Source: Raillietiella orientalis (lineage: Eukaryota). Taken from it: a DNA stretch of 64,000 nt. Below the pieces are notes generated by a model, which ran no database searches, was not told where the DNA came from, and was given only the letters and a program-made list of their open reading frames with translations. Numbering within the stretch: the stretch's first letter is position 1; every line of letters starts with the position of its first letter. Position numbers and translations under genes: made by a program. Shown piece by piece: positions 11,117 to 24,200 of the stretch. The stretch is taken from positions 372,001-436,000 of the forward strand of contig JAYWIR010000042.1 of the NCBI GenBank assembly GCA_036172245.1. The letters run 5' to 3'.

Positions 11117-11663
11117 CCCGAACGATGTAAATCCCGAAAGTTGAACCCATCATTTACTGAGAAAGTTTCATTTATCAAGTGTTGGCAGTGAAATACAAAA
11201 TTTCCTTTGTGTTTTTTTCGTTTCTTTGCTTTCTTCATCTTTTTTCCACCATTTTTAATTATCACCGTTACCTTTTGGTTTTTATAATTCGGCATTTATA
11301 TACTGATTTAATCATACGTATTTCTTGTATTTATAAGTATGTATTGATACGAATAATAAGCATAAGTTATTCTTTATAATTTTGAATGCACTTATCAATA
11401 AAATAGGAATGCATATAATTATATCAGCACCATGCAAGCCAGCAAATATTGTAAAATATGTCAGAATAAATTCGCTCACGAATCTACATAGAAATGCATA
11501 TATGAATGCGCATAATTAGCATATATATTCATTTTTATAATCTTTATAATATCCCTCTATCTATATATTAATATGTATAATGGGCATTATGAATTACAGT
11601 AACGTGTATAATAAACATGTATACTTCCTTTTTAATAATCTTTCGGGATTTTGCTCGTTCGGG
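11117..11663. mobile_element. MITE-like non-autonomous DNA transposon (outer ends may extend to about 11099 and 11679)
   Basis: cccgaacgatgtaaatcccgaaag (11117-11140) is an inverted repeat of ctttcgggattttgctcgttcggg (11640-11663) at 21/24 positions. Between them is a ~500-bp, very AT-rich, non-coding interior that contrasts with the flanks. No clean TSD was found. Confidence 0.7.
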
Positions 11664-14600
11664 GTTTCGATGGCCACCGCAAGGTTTGGCTAAACGAGGT
11701 CCCAGTCTATGGCCTGTTCTATATGAGACGAACCGTCCAAATGCTAGGGAATGGAACCGGAAGCAGCCCCCAAAAGGAAGCATCTGTGCTGACTTTTGAT
11801 CTTTCAAGAGCTGGCAAGACTCAGGATGGAGGTCAGTCTGCTCAGCGTTCAGGAGGCTCTCCATCCCGGATTCGTAACGAGTTCACCCTTCTGGGATTTC
11901 CAGAAGCAGCCGCAGACAAAAGGCACGAGAACGCAGAGAAAGGATTCTTTGCGAGCATCTTGGAGATACCTTTGATTACGTGAGTGTCGGATTCTCTAGT
12001 TTTTGCACACGCGGATGCGTGCATAGGGAATGACGCAGGTGGGTTCCCATGGACACGAAGATTATGAGACGCACACGCACAGCTTTCGTAGTGTCGTGGG
12101 AATGTACGTGCTCAAGTTCACTCTTGGCGTTGCCCCGAAGAAGTGCTCGCATTGCGTGTAGGCGACCCCCCACAGGCTGAATTCCTCCGAAACAGCTGTT
12201 ATCGCAGCCTAAGCATGTGGCTGGAGGAGCGAGGAGGTCTGTTTCGAAGCCTTTCTGCACTCTTCTGGTGTACTTCGCAGTCTGCGCTTGCAGCCTTGCG
12301 GGCAGAAGGAGTGAAGGAAAAACTGCGACCACGTGAATCCTGATCCAAAGGGGGCGATGACCCCTCTCTTCATGTTCCGCGCATGTATGCGTCCTCCCTG
12401 CAAGGATTTTCACGAGAAACGTATTACACAAGGACGGATTCAACTCTGGAGATCGGGGAGGCTGGAACCGCCAGCGAAATCGGTTTCCTCGAGTGCTGCC
12501 GAAAGAGATTTGCGTTCTTCATTGGATTCGGAAGTAGCTTTCATGTCCAGCTGTCAAGAGTTCACAGTCGAGTTTTGCCGATTAGGTTTCGAATCCTGGA
12601 AAACAGGAGGACGCGGGCAGTTTTCGATCCCGGTTCTCGAGGTTGTGTGTGGCACGTACGTTCTCCCGCAAGCAGGCAAACTGTCTCTGTTTCTAGGTGG
12701 TCCGACCCATGTCTTAAACGATCTCTAATCTCTTTTGGCTTGTCCTTTGCTCGCACAAAAGGTCTCTCTCAAGCTCAGGGAGTGTGGGAATCTCTTACGT
12801 CGGCCACTTTGTACTTTGTACTCCGTGCTTCGCTGCTTGCTGAGATCGCCAGATTTTGCTTCCTTCTCCTCTTTGCTTCCTTTGCATCTTCTAGACTGCA
12901 ACTTTGGTAACTGAAGCAACGCATGCTTACCTGATATCAGTCTGTCTGCTTCCATTTTCTGTGAGATGGGGTAGACAACGGTTGGACAAACTTTTCGGGG
13001 TTGTTCCTTTTCGCTTTGCTCACTTACTCCCCTTCTGACGCATTTGCGGGATCCAGAGTTTGATGGTTTTGAGGAGTCTTCCATGTTTTTCTTTTTTCTT
13101 TCTTTCTTTCTTTCTTTCTTTCTTTTTTTTTTTTTTTTTTACTATGATCCTGTCTTTACGCATCCAGTTTTTTATTTCAAATGACAGAACTGTACGGGAG
13201 CATAAAATAGGTTATCCAACTTCAAACCAACTTATCCCTGTCTCCCACTTTCCTGACGAGGATGGTGCATGTCTGGGAAATGCATTTTCAGGTGCCAGGC
13301 AATCGTCTGGCACTGTTGCTTGATGATCCACTTGTTCGTGGTCCAGGAAGCACGGTAGTAGAGCTTGGTTTGTATGGCCATCCAATACGAACGGAAACCA
13401 ACCGAATTCCTGTGGGTGAGCGCCTGTCTTTTCCGGGATGCAAAAATTGGCGAAGTGGATGCGTCTGACACTTTCATTTCCTTTTATATTTCTACTGTTT
13501 TGCACATTCATTATGCAACACTTTGTTTCAACGATCAGCATTTGTCTGTACTGTAGCGATTTGCACTGGATTGCGTGATTGATGGAATTAAGAATCAGAG
13601 ACTACTCCAGAGCAGTGTCAGATATAGTAAAGGATACAAAAAATAAAATGAAAATTCATCTTCAAGTCGGATTTTTTTTGTTTGATTCACATATCAGCTT
13701 GTACGTTTACTGCCCGGTCAATTCATCCACATATTTTCTGAAAGACTTTCGTTCTTCTCTACGATGCAAGCAGTCCTCGCAAGAATCATGAAAAATTTTC
13801 TCCCAAGCACCTCCTTTTGAATTCCCTGTGCACAAACACACGGAAATACAATGTGTGTACCTTACATAGCATAGAGCTAGTCTGCAAATGAAGAACCAAC
13901 CGACAGTCGATTTCTGAAATACGTGGGTTACCAAGATCGGTTTCGTGAAACAAGTCCGTAAAGTTTTTTCGGACCCACTGGCGGGCAGATCCAGCAAGGA
14001 GACATTACTCCCTTATCCTATGGATGCTGAGTAAAGTCAATGAGATCATCGATGGTAGATTACTTTTACGATCTCCATCGCTAACTTTGGAATCCGAAGC
14101 ATCGGTTTTGAATTTCAAAGTACCGCTGGCTATCAGCAAAAAAATCTTACGGCAACCCATAATAATCCCGGCGGAAAGGTTTTCTGGGTGTGAGCATGGA
14201 GAAGGAGGATGTCAGGAGCTGCTACTCAGCCTACCAACTTTAGGCTCAAGGGAGATGTGCACCTGCCCTGGAGTTCCTCGATTAGGCCGTAGTAATGACT
14301 GTTGGCGGTATCAAATTCGGTTCATTATGTCCAGCTTGACATTGTGCTTGTTTCGATGTGCTTTCTAGTGAAGAGAAGATAGATTTTGGAGTTCTGGGAT
14401 GCAAGCTGAGAGGCAATCAATTTGTTAAGGCCTCTTTCAGAGGAGAGGTCAACGAAAAAGACCAAACTTTCCCATGTGGAAGTTTCAGAGACATAGCCGT
14501 CTTCAGTTCCACTGAGCTTCCTGAAAGATTATTCGATCTCGAAGCGAGGGAATAATGATTGGTATCAGTGTAGATGCTGGTAGAGATTTTCAAACGGCGA

Positions 14601-16665
14601 GCCGTGATTTGATGCATTTGCCGTTAAAAAAAAAAAAAAAAAGACACTCACCTGAGGACCCGATCAAAATGCTTATAGGAATGTTGAAAAATCAAGCGCC
14701 AATACCAAGTGCACTTTATTTATGGTTTTATGACACGACCCCAAAGCTTCAGGGCATACCAAAAGTTGAATAACTCGTTTCGTTTTCCACGATCCTGAAG
14801 GATGTTTTCGTCGGTCAGTTATGTAGTCAGGTGTGGCATGCATGAATTCTAATGAGGTCGCTTCTCCAGGGAATCCGCGAGGAAAAGTGGAAGCGGCAAG
14901 AAACTGAATACAGCACAGAATGCCTATACTGTATACTTGAAAAATGTTAATTTTTCGAATTCGAGGCAAAAACTTGGCCAACAGATGCCGGATATAATGA
15001 TGGAGGTGACGGAGCCTGTGTACAGTGTGGGCAACGTTGCATCAATATGGTCACTTCTTCACCGATTGAGTGCTCAGTGCGTTGATCGTTCTTCAACCAA
15101 GGAGGGATCTCAGGGAACTTCATGCGTTCGTTTGAATGCAAGCTCATTCAAGAGTTCCTTTTCGCTCCCGGACCCAAGCAAAATCCCCAGTTCGTGTGCA
15201 CTGGTTTGAAGGAGAAGAGTCGCCGAAGCGACTTCGAACTGGTTTAGGTTGCATGTGCTCTGCCGATTCGTCCAAGAGGAAAATCTCGGCGATGGCACAT
15301 GTACTCTAGCCTGCCTACTTTGGAATCAGGGCTTTCGAGTTCCTGTTTTGACGTGGCAAGCAGATCTTTCCCTTGAATCGGAGTGGGTTGCTGGAGGATT
15401 TGCAGCTAATCCCAAGGTCGCAACTTCACCTGCCTTCACTCCGAAGAGCCTTCCGCGTTTATTTACTAACCCGACTGCTCGGTATCACGTGCAAGCTTGT
15501 CCGCCAGAGTTTACCGGAGAAGTGGAGCGGCATTCCTCGCAGCATGAAGAAAGGCCGCTGGCTTCATTCACATCCTGACGGAAGGAGCTTAAGTGGGGCT
15601 TCATGATGATCCAATCGAGGAAAGTGACTTGGGAACGATGCTTCCAAGTGGTCGGAAACGTGTTTGGTTTGTCCTGCAGGCAGCATATTCAGAGGCTACG
15701 GGAGGGAAGGCACTTTCAGTTCAGCTCGCTAGAAGGCAAAGCAGACAAACAAGAAGGAACCGGTGTTGCGCACTCGCCCGAGTGTAGTGGTGTTACCGGC
15801 ACACGGAGCGACGCTAAAACTTTGCTGGAAACTGTGCGTCTTCGTACTTGCCCAGCGGCGACGGTGAGGAAGTTTCGTTCTCACGTCCCGCCTCGGGAGG
15901 AAAACGAAGTTCCCTTCGAGGGAGAGACATTCCCGGAAAGCTGTTTCATCGCATTCTGCATGTACTGAAAGGCATTTGACAACTCCACAGTATGTCTCGC
16001 TGTGTGAGCAGGCTGGGTCCGTTGAGGGAGCCAAGCGGACTGAATTCGTTTCCGGTTCTCATAGCTGACGCTTCATAGGTGTCGAACTAGGAAAACGTAC
16101 AGTGTAATGGTTGGTAGGTTTTGGCGTGTAACCAGAAATGATGCTCTGCGGATGTGCGCGAGCTTTCGCATGAAAGTTTCGAAAATTTTTTTTTTTTTCC
16201 AGGAAAACCGTTCGCATTTTGTTCCCCCACCCCTTTTCTTTCAGATCAAGGAGAACTACGTACTTTCTTATGCAATGCACACCGGTGATCGCAAAGAAAC
16301 TAAGTATTCACGCAAAGACAAAGCGTTAGCAAAAAAGCTCATGTCTGTACAAGACTGATTGATCCCACAAAATTGAAGTTTTTGCTCTGATGGACATGAA
16401 CGTGTTTGGCACATGTGTTTGGTGATTTCAATCTAGGCTGCGAAGGTCCGCTAGCACCGGTGTTGCAAGACGAACAACAGTATGCTGGTGTACTGTTTTG
16501 TTCCTAGCTAACGTTAATAATCATCAAACCAGAGGAAGAGACAATTTCTGCAAGCTTTGGCATAGTTTTCTGAACAGATGGAGCATGCGCCCTATCGATT
16601 AATCAAAATCATTTGAGTGCTCCTGTTTCGACATAGTTTGTGCCGTGTAGAGAAGCCTTCTAAAC

Positions 16666-17388
16666 ATGGGAAAGCCTCCATCTTTCATTCTATGCAGCAT
16701 TTGCAAACGAGAGTTTGGGTCCCATTCGCTTCGATTCCACATGCCAAAGTGCAGAGAGAAACAAGAGCACGAGGCTTCGCAAGCAAAGCCAAAGACGAAG
16801 CAGCGGAAAAGCAAAGCTGACGCTCTTGATCAGTTGACCAGACCTCGCCCTTCCACGGTCACCCTCAGCACTCCTGAAGTTATCGACATCGACGTGCTCA
16901 AATCTCTAAACATCAACGATATGAGCAAACTGTCAAAGGAAACTTTCGACGCAAAGATCGATGCTTACTTTCGAGATCGCCTGCTGGATGCGACCACGGA
17001 ATCCTCCGAAAGGAAGTGTATACAAAAAGCTGTTCCAGCTGATCCCTCCAGTTCGATCTCCTCACCGGAAGTCGACCGGGACTTGCCCTCGCATCACTTG
17101 TCGCCATCGAGGAACCAGCGTGGGATTCCGGATCGTGAAAGGCAACTCCCGAAACTGAGCAAGAGCGGAAAAACGTGTGATCCGCACTCAGACAAAGACA
17201 AGAAGAGTTTTCCTTTGAGTACTTGCATCCGGGATCGGAATAAGAACAGCAGAGCGAAGCATGGAGGTCCTTCGCCGGCGCACGACCCAACTCCTGCGGA
17301 AGAAAAAGTGAGATACCTCTTGTGTCATATATGTGGAAGACCGTTTGGTACGAAATCACTCGCTTTCCATCAACCCCTGTGTCTAGAG
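16666..17388 (+). CDS. ZNF474-like C2HC/C3H-type zinc-finger protein, coding exon 1
   Basis: The ATG has the context aacATGG. The exon has two zf-C2HC_2-type fingers (LCSICKREFGSHSLRFHMPKC and LCHICGRPFGTKSLAFHQPLCLE). The donor is GAG|GTAAAG at 17389. Confidence 0.85.
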
Positions 17389-17461
17389 GTAAAGGGACAG
17401 GAAGGGTTAGAGGGAAAACTACACGTGTTTCCCCATTTTCGTGGTTTTCGTGTGAAATTAG

Positions 17462-17578
17462 AAGTGGACGAGAGAAAACGAGACACTTCCCAAGTCCCTG
17501 CAGCGTTGGGCTTTGAGCGCCCCAGATCCCAATCTGTCGTTTAAGGAATGGAACGAGATGGCCTGGAAATGCTCGCAG
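17462..17578 (+). CDS. ZNF474-like protein, coding exon 2
   Basis: The acceptor aaattag ends at 17461. The exon reads KWTRENETLPKSLQRWALSAPDPNLSFKEWNEMAWKCSQ, matching the KWxxENxxLP...NExA linker of this family. The donor is CAG|GTATGG at 17579. Confidence 0.8.
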
Positions 17579-19272
17579 GTATGGCGAACTGTTTGCAAGT
17601 GCAGAGTGTTCCTCAAAACCTTGTACACTTGCTGCTGGATTAAGGCAGGAGAAAACCGACACCTCCATCGCCAACAACACACGGATGTGTCCTGACTAAG
17701 GTCCCAACTGATACTTGTAACAAAAGGCCTACGGTGCGCAATTCATTGGGAAGACCTCGGTCCGTCTCGAATTCAGAGTAGAGTGTGCAGATACTGGATG
17801 TAGTTGCAAAAAAAGCGCAGCGTTCGCAAATCGCTCCGGAACTATTTTAACGTGCTTGTAACGAGTGTTCTGGGACTTCTCCTTTCAAGGACAGGAGTTT
17901 TTTCTTTTTTTCCTTTCGTCCCTATTCGGCACTCCCCAGAGTGGACTTGGTGCGGAAAATGGGATTTCATTCGAGTGCCTTACGTAGGTCGGCGGTGGTG
18001 GCTCACACATCAAGTGTTCTACCACGGCCGGAATCACGTGCCGAGGCTACGCTGGAAGCTCTCCCGAGATTTCCAGCCCGCTCCGGGATCCTTCCCACGT
18101 GCTTGAAATCCTACGTAAGCCCTAAGGAACCAACGCCGTATCGTCTTGCGAGGAATGCCTCTCTCGCTCGGATGCGACTCTTCGTGCAGAGTGCTTTGCA
18201 GTGAGTCACCACTTTCGACCAAAAGGCGGAAGGCGGCGTGTTCCCGATCTTCCCAGACGTCATACATGCGATGTCATTTGGAGGGAAGGGGAAGGAGAGG
18301 AGAACAGAGCCCAGCTGAAGATGCGAGTCGCTAAGGTGCATGCGAAGCTCTCACGGGAAATACCTCTTTGTATCAACGCTGTGCCGTGTGCTCATTCCGC
18401 AAAAGCGTGGCAGGTCTCCTCAGTCTGCTTAGGAAATGCCTTGCGGGTCACAATTTTAGACATGAGGAATGCCAATTTCTCCAATTTCAAATTTGCAACA
18501 GCTATTTTTTTTTTTCCTCCTTCCAATTTGATGCTTCTTTTCAAGCTATGTTAGTGCCATCTCGTTTCGTGGTGCATTAGAAGGTGGTACACTCCCATCA
18601 GTCTCAAGGTTAGGAGCTTCGTTCCTCTGTCAGAAAGTCTCTCCGATCGTTCGAGAGACTCCAAGGACTGCAGGGCCCCCCTTATATGTGGGGAGTCTGC
18701 GGCTCGTGGTTCTGCAAAGGATCACGGAAAGAGATTTCCCTGCAGTGAACTCTTTTAGGTTTCATAGGAAACGAATGAAGTGAGATGCAAAGGAATGGAT
18801 GTTTCATCGCTGTTTTCGAATCCGATCTGTTTCCGTCAGACTCTCCGCCCGAAAAGAGCGCACCCCGGTCGGAACGGCGCCACGCGGTCGCTCGGTTACT
18901 GGTGGATAAGATCACCAACCCACCCTCTTCTCGCAGGCAACATCAACGGCTGGATGGCAAACCGGTAGCTATTTCCGTGCTTCTAGTGCCGCCGTCATCT
19001 GCCAGAAGACAAAGGTTTCGGTCTCTCTTGTGTTGCGCTGTGTCTTCGTGGGATACTTGTTCCGCGCACAGGGGATCGCGAACGCGTGCTGAAAATTTGC
19101 ACAATCCGTCCGAAGTGATTCGTTCGTAAGCATGGGGAGTGGGTGGGTGGGGAAGCAGGGGACGAAGAGTCATCCCTGAAAAGACGGGTGGCCTGCGTGT
19201 ACCTGATGAATCGATCAGCAGGGATGCGTACACATGCCAGCAGGTTCACATCAGATCGTTTCTATTTACCAG

Positions 19273-19398
19273 GAGCAGCTCGTGGCGTGTCCTAACTGCA
19301 GACGTACGTTCTTCCCGTCAAAGATCGAGGCACACCTGAAAGCATGCAGTCAACGGGCTCACGTCAAGAAAAGGAACTGGGGTAAAGGGCATCAATGA
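19273..19398 (+). CDS. ZNF474-like protein, terminal exon (absent from the ORF track)
   Basis: The acceptor tttaccag ends at 19272. The exon reads EQLVACPNCRRTFFPSKIEAHLKACSQRAHVKKRNWGKGHQ*, the expected third finger (LVxCxxCxRTF...H...C). The spliced total is 321 aa. Confidence 0.8.
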   Translation, partial: EQLVACPNCRRTFFPSKIEAHLKACSQRAHVKKRNWGKGHQ

Positions 19399-19839
19399 AG
19401 GAAGTGCTCACTACTGCCGTTCCGTCTGTTTGATAAGGGAGCACGAATCCATAGATGTGCACCAATCGGAAAACCAATTTTAAAAAGCTTCACGGTACTT
19501 TCCCTCTTCAAAAATGGGGCTGAAGGCATTCCATCAGTGATTACTTACGAGACACGGCTTGAAAAGGGGTCGAAAGGGATACTTCCCAGGATCCTGAAAG
19601 TCATCGAAATTTCTGGAGTGTTTGGGGGGTAAAAAAAAAAAAAAAAAAAAGAAAACACAAGTAATGAGTGGTGGACATATTAGGACAGCTGCACTTTGGA
19701 TGCACAGGGATAGTCACTTCGAAAATAGTGAAATTACATTAGGGAAATTTAGAGCCACAAGGAGCTCAAAATGCTCATTTGCGCAACGTACTTTGCGCTT
19801 CTCGGCTGTGCCTCAAGCGAGCGCTTTTTTATTTCTCGT

Positions 19840-19928
19840 AATAAAATTGTTCGAGTTCTCCGAAAGTCTTCATTAGGGGAACAAGTACTTTATTCATCCA
19901 TTAAGTGTGGCAGTCGTGTAAAAATAAA
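19840..19928 (+). promoter_or_regulatory. Candidate poly(A) signals of the ZNF474-like gene
   Basis: AATAAA at 19840-19845 and at 19923-19928, downstream of the stop at 19398. Confidence 0.4.
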
Positions 19929-20922
19929 TACATAAATAAGAAAAGTAGTTGGAATACAGATAGCAAGCACCCAACATGTTCAGCAAGCGCTGCCTTGGTT
20001 CCAAGGAGATCACTTGCTTTCCGGTTCCCTGGACGCCAAGCTCTTCGCGCGATCCAAGCTCATGGACCACTAGTCCATAGATTATACAGCGCAGTTCTTA
20101 CATGGAACTTTGCTCCTTTGGCGAAATTTGCACGTTGTAGTGGTCAGTGGATTCCGAGTGACACGGGATTCTTCTTCCATTTCAGTGCGAGGATGAAAAA
20201 TTATAGGTGAATTTAGGCGTTTGGCAACACTGCTGGTGTCTGCAAAGACAGAAAGAGATGCTGCATACTCCTGTCTTTGGCGATGGCTTCAAAGTCGGAT
20301 GCAAGGGAAAAGAGAAACAAAATACAAGGATATGTGGAGACTGTTTTTCGCTGCTCTTCTCCAAAAATCGTTTCCCGACTGATTCAAATTCATTTATACC
20401 GTTGAACGTGATGGTGCTTGAGGAAGTGGTAGCTGGATGAGAGAGGGGAGGTTTTTCCCTAAAACATGCTCAACCTCCATATTAGTCCATCCAGTTCTAT
20501 ATGTGGTCAGCTTAGTGCATTCAACCTTTGGAGGAGAAAATTGTCTTTTTCCGAGTTTTTTGAGTTTTCTTGGTACAACGGAAGTTTTTTTTTTTTTAAT
20601 AGTGTTTCTGAAGAATCTCGAATCTCGAGTCCTTCTATCTTTTGGGGCCATCCAAATTCAAAGGGAACTTGGTGGGGATGCAAATTGCGACCTTTCCAAA
20701 GAGGGGTCACGAGTGGGCACGGGTTCCAATCGGGGTAACGCATTCGTTCCTGGAAGCAGTGAGAGGTGACTGAATCTGTTGTTTCCAATGGCATCTTCAT
20801 GGAGTTAAGCTCAAGCTATCTAGTATGTTATTAATAGAAACAAGACAGGACAAAAGTGAGCACAAGAAACACGTTCTTGTGTTGCGGGTCTCATCGCACT
20901 TTTCGGTCGCTGTCTCAGTGTC

Positions 20923-21211
20923 TCAGTGTGAAGAATTAGCTTCCTCGTCGCTTTCGGGTATGTCGCTGAGGTTGGCTGCCGACACAGAGCAATGGACGAG
21001 AAGGTGGATGTTCGCCTCTGAATCTTCTATTCGTGGTTCCTGGTTGTCGAACTCGTGCTTCTTGTTTTCGGAATAGAACTTTTTTAAAGGAGACATACAG
21101 TTCGTGTTCGGATGTCACTGGTTTTACCTCGCAAGACCTCGACTCCCGAAGGGGAATGATTCGGTTGCTTTTGCTGATGCTCGAAAAAGCCGATGATATT
21201 CTCGAACCCAT
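20923..21211 (-). CDS. Candidate small two-exon orphan gene (79 aa; exons 21211-21128 and 21078-20923)
   Basis: The ATG has the context aagATGG and the protein starts MGSRISS. A 49-nt GT..AG intron matches the local intron size and joins in phase 0 to FYSENKKHEFDNQ...LSDIPESDEEANSSH*. I recognise no homology. Confidence 0.35.
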
Positions 21212-24200
21212 CTTATTGATTGTGTTTCGATTTATATCGCACTTAGCTGCGTTGTGCTCTTTCTGAAACACATTGAGCAGTGCACAGTGATATGTTGTTA
21301 GCTTCTGCAAACTCGAAGTTTTGCAGAAAAAAAGGAAGAAAAAACTGATATCTTAGAAGTTGACAACACAACCAGATTGGCTAGTAAACATGGACCAAAA
21401 TAAAAAAAAAAAAAAAAAATACAGAAAACAAATACAGAAATTTTGACGGATCATAGGCAAACATCGAGCTTTCGTTTGTGCGAGCAGTTTTTGCGTATTC
21501 CTCTTTGTTCTCATTGGAGGATTTGGTCTCTCTCCCACCACTTCGCTCATTTCGCTCGCATCGAGGCATTATTTATAATTCTTATTTACTTATGATTCCA
21601 CAAGGTACACCGTGCTTGCATTACGCGCATCGCAAACGTGCTTGTGGATATTTTTCTCTGATTCTCGAGCCGAAACTGTCATGTCGGCTCCCCACCGTCT
21701 GGGGTTTCTTTGACATCGTTTTCTGAGAAACATCGGTTGCACAGAGCGGCATGCCACCTGTTGCATCCAATGATTTGGGAGGTGGGATTCCCATAGACTG
21801 CAATGTTCCAGCAGACATCGCGAGCACTATGGGTTCGTTACTGACCTGCCGTTCCTTGTTCTGATACGTTTCTTGATGTCTTTTCGTGTCTTCATCTTGG
21901 ATGGATGCTTTCCTTGTTCCTGCAAACGAGGCTTATTGCTTTCATGACAAAAGGCAGCAGCTGTTTGCTGCTCCAATACAGTACGCAACTGCTATCTTAC
22001 ATTATAGCTTCCAGAGACTCCATTAGAACTGGCAGGCACTCGAATCAACTCCGCAGGCTCCTGCGAAAACTCCGTCTTACGATCATAAGACAGCTCTATC
22101 AGCTACTCTATGCCTTTTTATACGAGGAAGCAACCATGGGAATTTTTTGGCTTTCGGCATGAGGTCTTTTTTCCATCTTTCTTGAATTCAAATTTTTGTC
22201 AATGGTTTCCCACAGATCAGAAGGTTTCATGGTATGCAAAAATATATGGCATGCTCCTTTCTGCAAAGTGGTTGCTGCATTCAAGATAGAGGCATATTAT
22301 TATCATTATTATTATTATTTTGGAGTTTTGGTTGCGCCCGTTTCTTTTTTCCTTTTCTGGAAAGTGAAATTCCACTTCATTGGTCGCAAATACGTTCCTT
22401 CGAATTTTAACTGCTTCGCAAAGGCTCTCATGTAGTAGGCTGCAGAGCAGCAAGGTGCCGTGACACAGCATCATTTTCCTGCATTCGCTTTACCGTTCTA
22501 GTATCTTTTCTTCTAGCAGTTGTAGAGAATGAAACAGAAAATCCTGCTCATTCTGCTTTGTGGCAACTGGAATGACTCCACAATCTCTATCCTCAGTCTT
22601 GAAATGAGAGCATACAGAAATGGAATTAAAAGGAACATTTGCCAGCACCGTGCAGATGATTCCAGAACTTACTTGAAGCACAATTGTATGGTTCTTTTCT
22701 TCCCGGCAATGGTCAAAGGAAACAAGGTTTTATTCTTTCAGAGGTGCGGTTCCATCGGTGTTCGCTGCGACTCACTGAAAGAACACGAGCGGGAAGGCGT
22801 ATCTTTTCTGCAGATATGCTCGGGCTCCAAACAGGAGAGTCAACACTTCTTCAGCCTGCCGTTCTTGGAGGAATCGTCTCGAAGGCATCCGTGATGGAGG
22901 AGGGTTTTGCTTGTAGACTGCTGATCTTGTGACTGAGCTTCATCCCGGCGAGAAAGACAACATAGAAATAAGTGCCTGTGACAGAGCTTTGGCTTCCGGT
23001 GTTTCTTTCACAAGAGCACATATACATCTACTCATCCAACACAATACGTCAGACGTTACTCCTCACGTAAAGAAACAGAAAGCATTTAATCACTCTCGAA
23101 AAACATCTCTCGAAAACATCTCGCTTCTAGCGCCCCGCACGCATGCCCAGTAGAGGAGAATAGTCACATGTGACACGGCGGCTGCAGAGCGAGAGAACTC
23201 CGTAGGGAGGCTGGAGGGAAGGGAGTAATCTTTGTAACTGTTCGAAAGTGGCCAGAGATGGCTGAAATCCACGACTGAGTTTTCCGTTGTATGCACATTT
23301 TTAAATCACAAACAAGGAATTCGCATCAGAAGACCTTGGGTCGCGCATCAGGAAGAGGTGCTGCGTGCTTGTGCCAATGGAGAAATCCTGAATGATACTT
23401 CAGGAATCTCAAGTAGTTAGAGGGTGAGGTTTTTTTACTTCCTAATACCAGTAGCGACCTCTAGTACAGATGGACGGGTGCAGAATGCACCAAACGTCTC
23501 GACCATCGCGCTCAACATTTCCTTGAAACGAAGCTCCTCATCGGTTTGGTTTTCTGCTTGTGCTCGACACACACCGGATGGCACCGCCGGTGGAAAGCAG
23601 CTGGAGACTTTCCCAACTCAGCTGTCAGTCATTTCACTGAGCCGGCTTCAGATCTGTCGGAAAATCTCATAAGGGTTCCTCTTCCTCTTGCAAGGATCTT
23701 CAACGAGAGCTCAGAAAGCAGAGTTTTCCTTGAACGGTTTCTCTAACCTCGCCGAGTGGCTTCACAAGAAAGAGAGTGGTCCAGTCTTGCCGAGAAACGA
23801 AGGTTCATGAGATCCACGAGACGGGTGGCACAAGAGCCGGGAGACAAATGTCAACCAGAGCTACGTTCTCGAAACATCGATTTCTAACGCTCAGAAGTCC
23901 CGAAGCAGAAGAAGCATCCTGCAAGCGACAAGGCCTCGGCAAAGTAGGTGAGCCGTTGAGCCGGCCTCCGAGCTCCGGAAAATGAGGAACCTGCGTGTCG
24001 TGCGCGGAAACTCCAGGAGCGTGCGACGGAGGACACGGGAACCGGGTGCCATTTTCTCAGCTGGGAACTCGGAGAAGGCAAGGATCCGAGCTACCGCAAA
24101 TCGGACCCCGGTTTGAGAGGATCGCTGCAAGAGTGAGCAGCAGAGGGCTCCGTCCTCCGAGGACCGCGACCACCCTGTCCGTTCTGGGGCGCGTTGTGCT

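Noticed and set aside
16913..17680. 255-aa minus-strand ORF
   Set aside because: Antisense shadow of the ZNF474-like exons.
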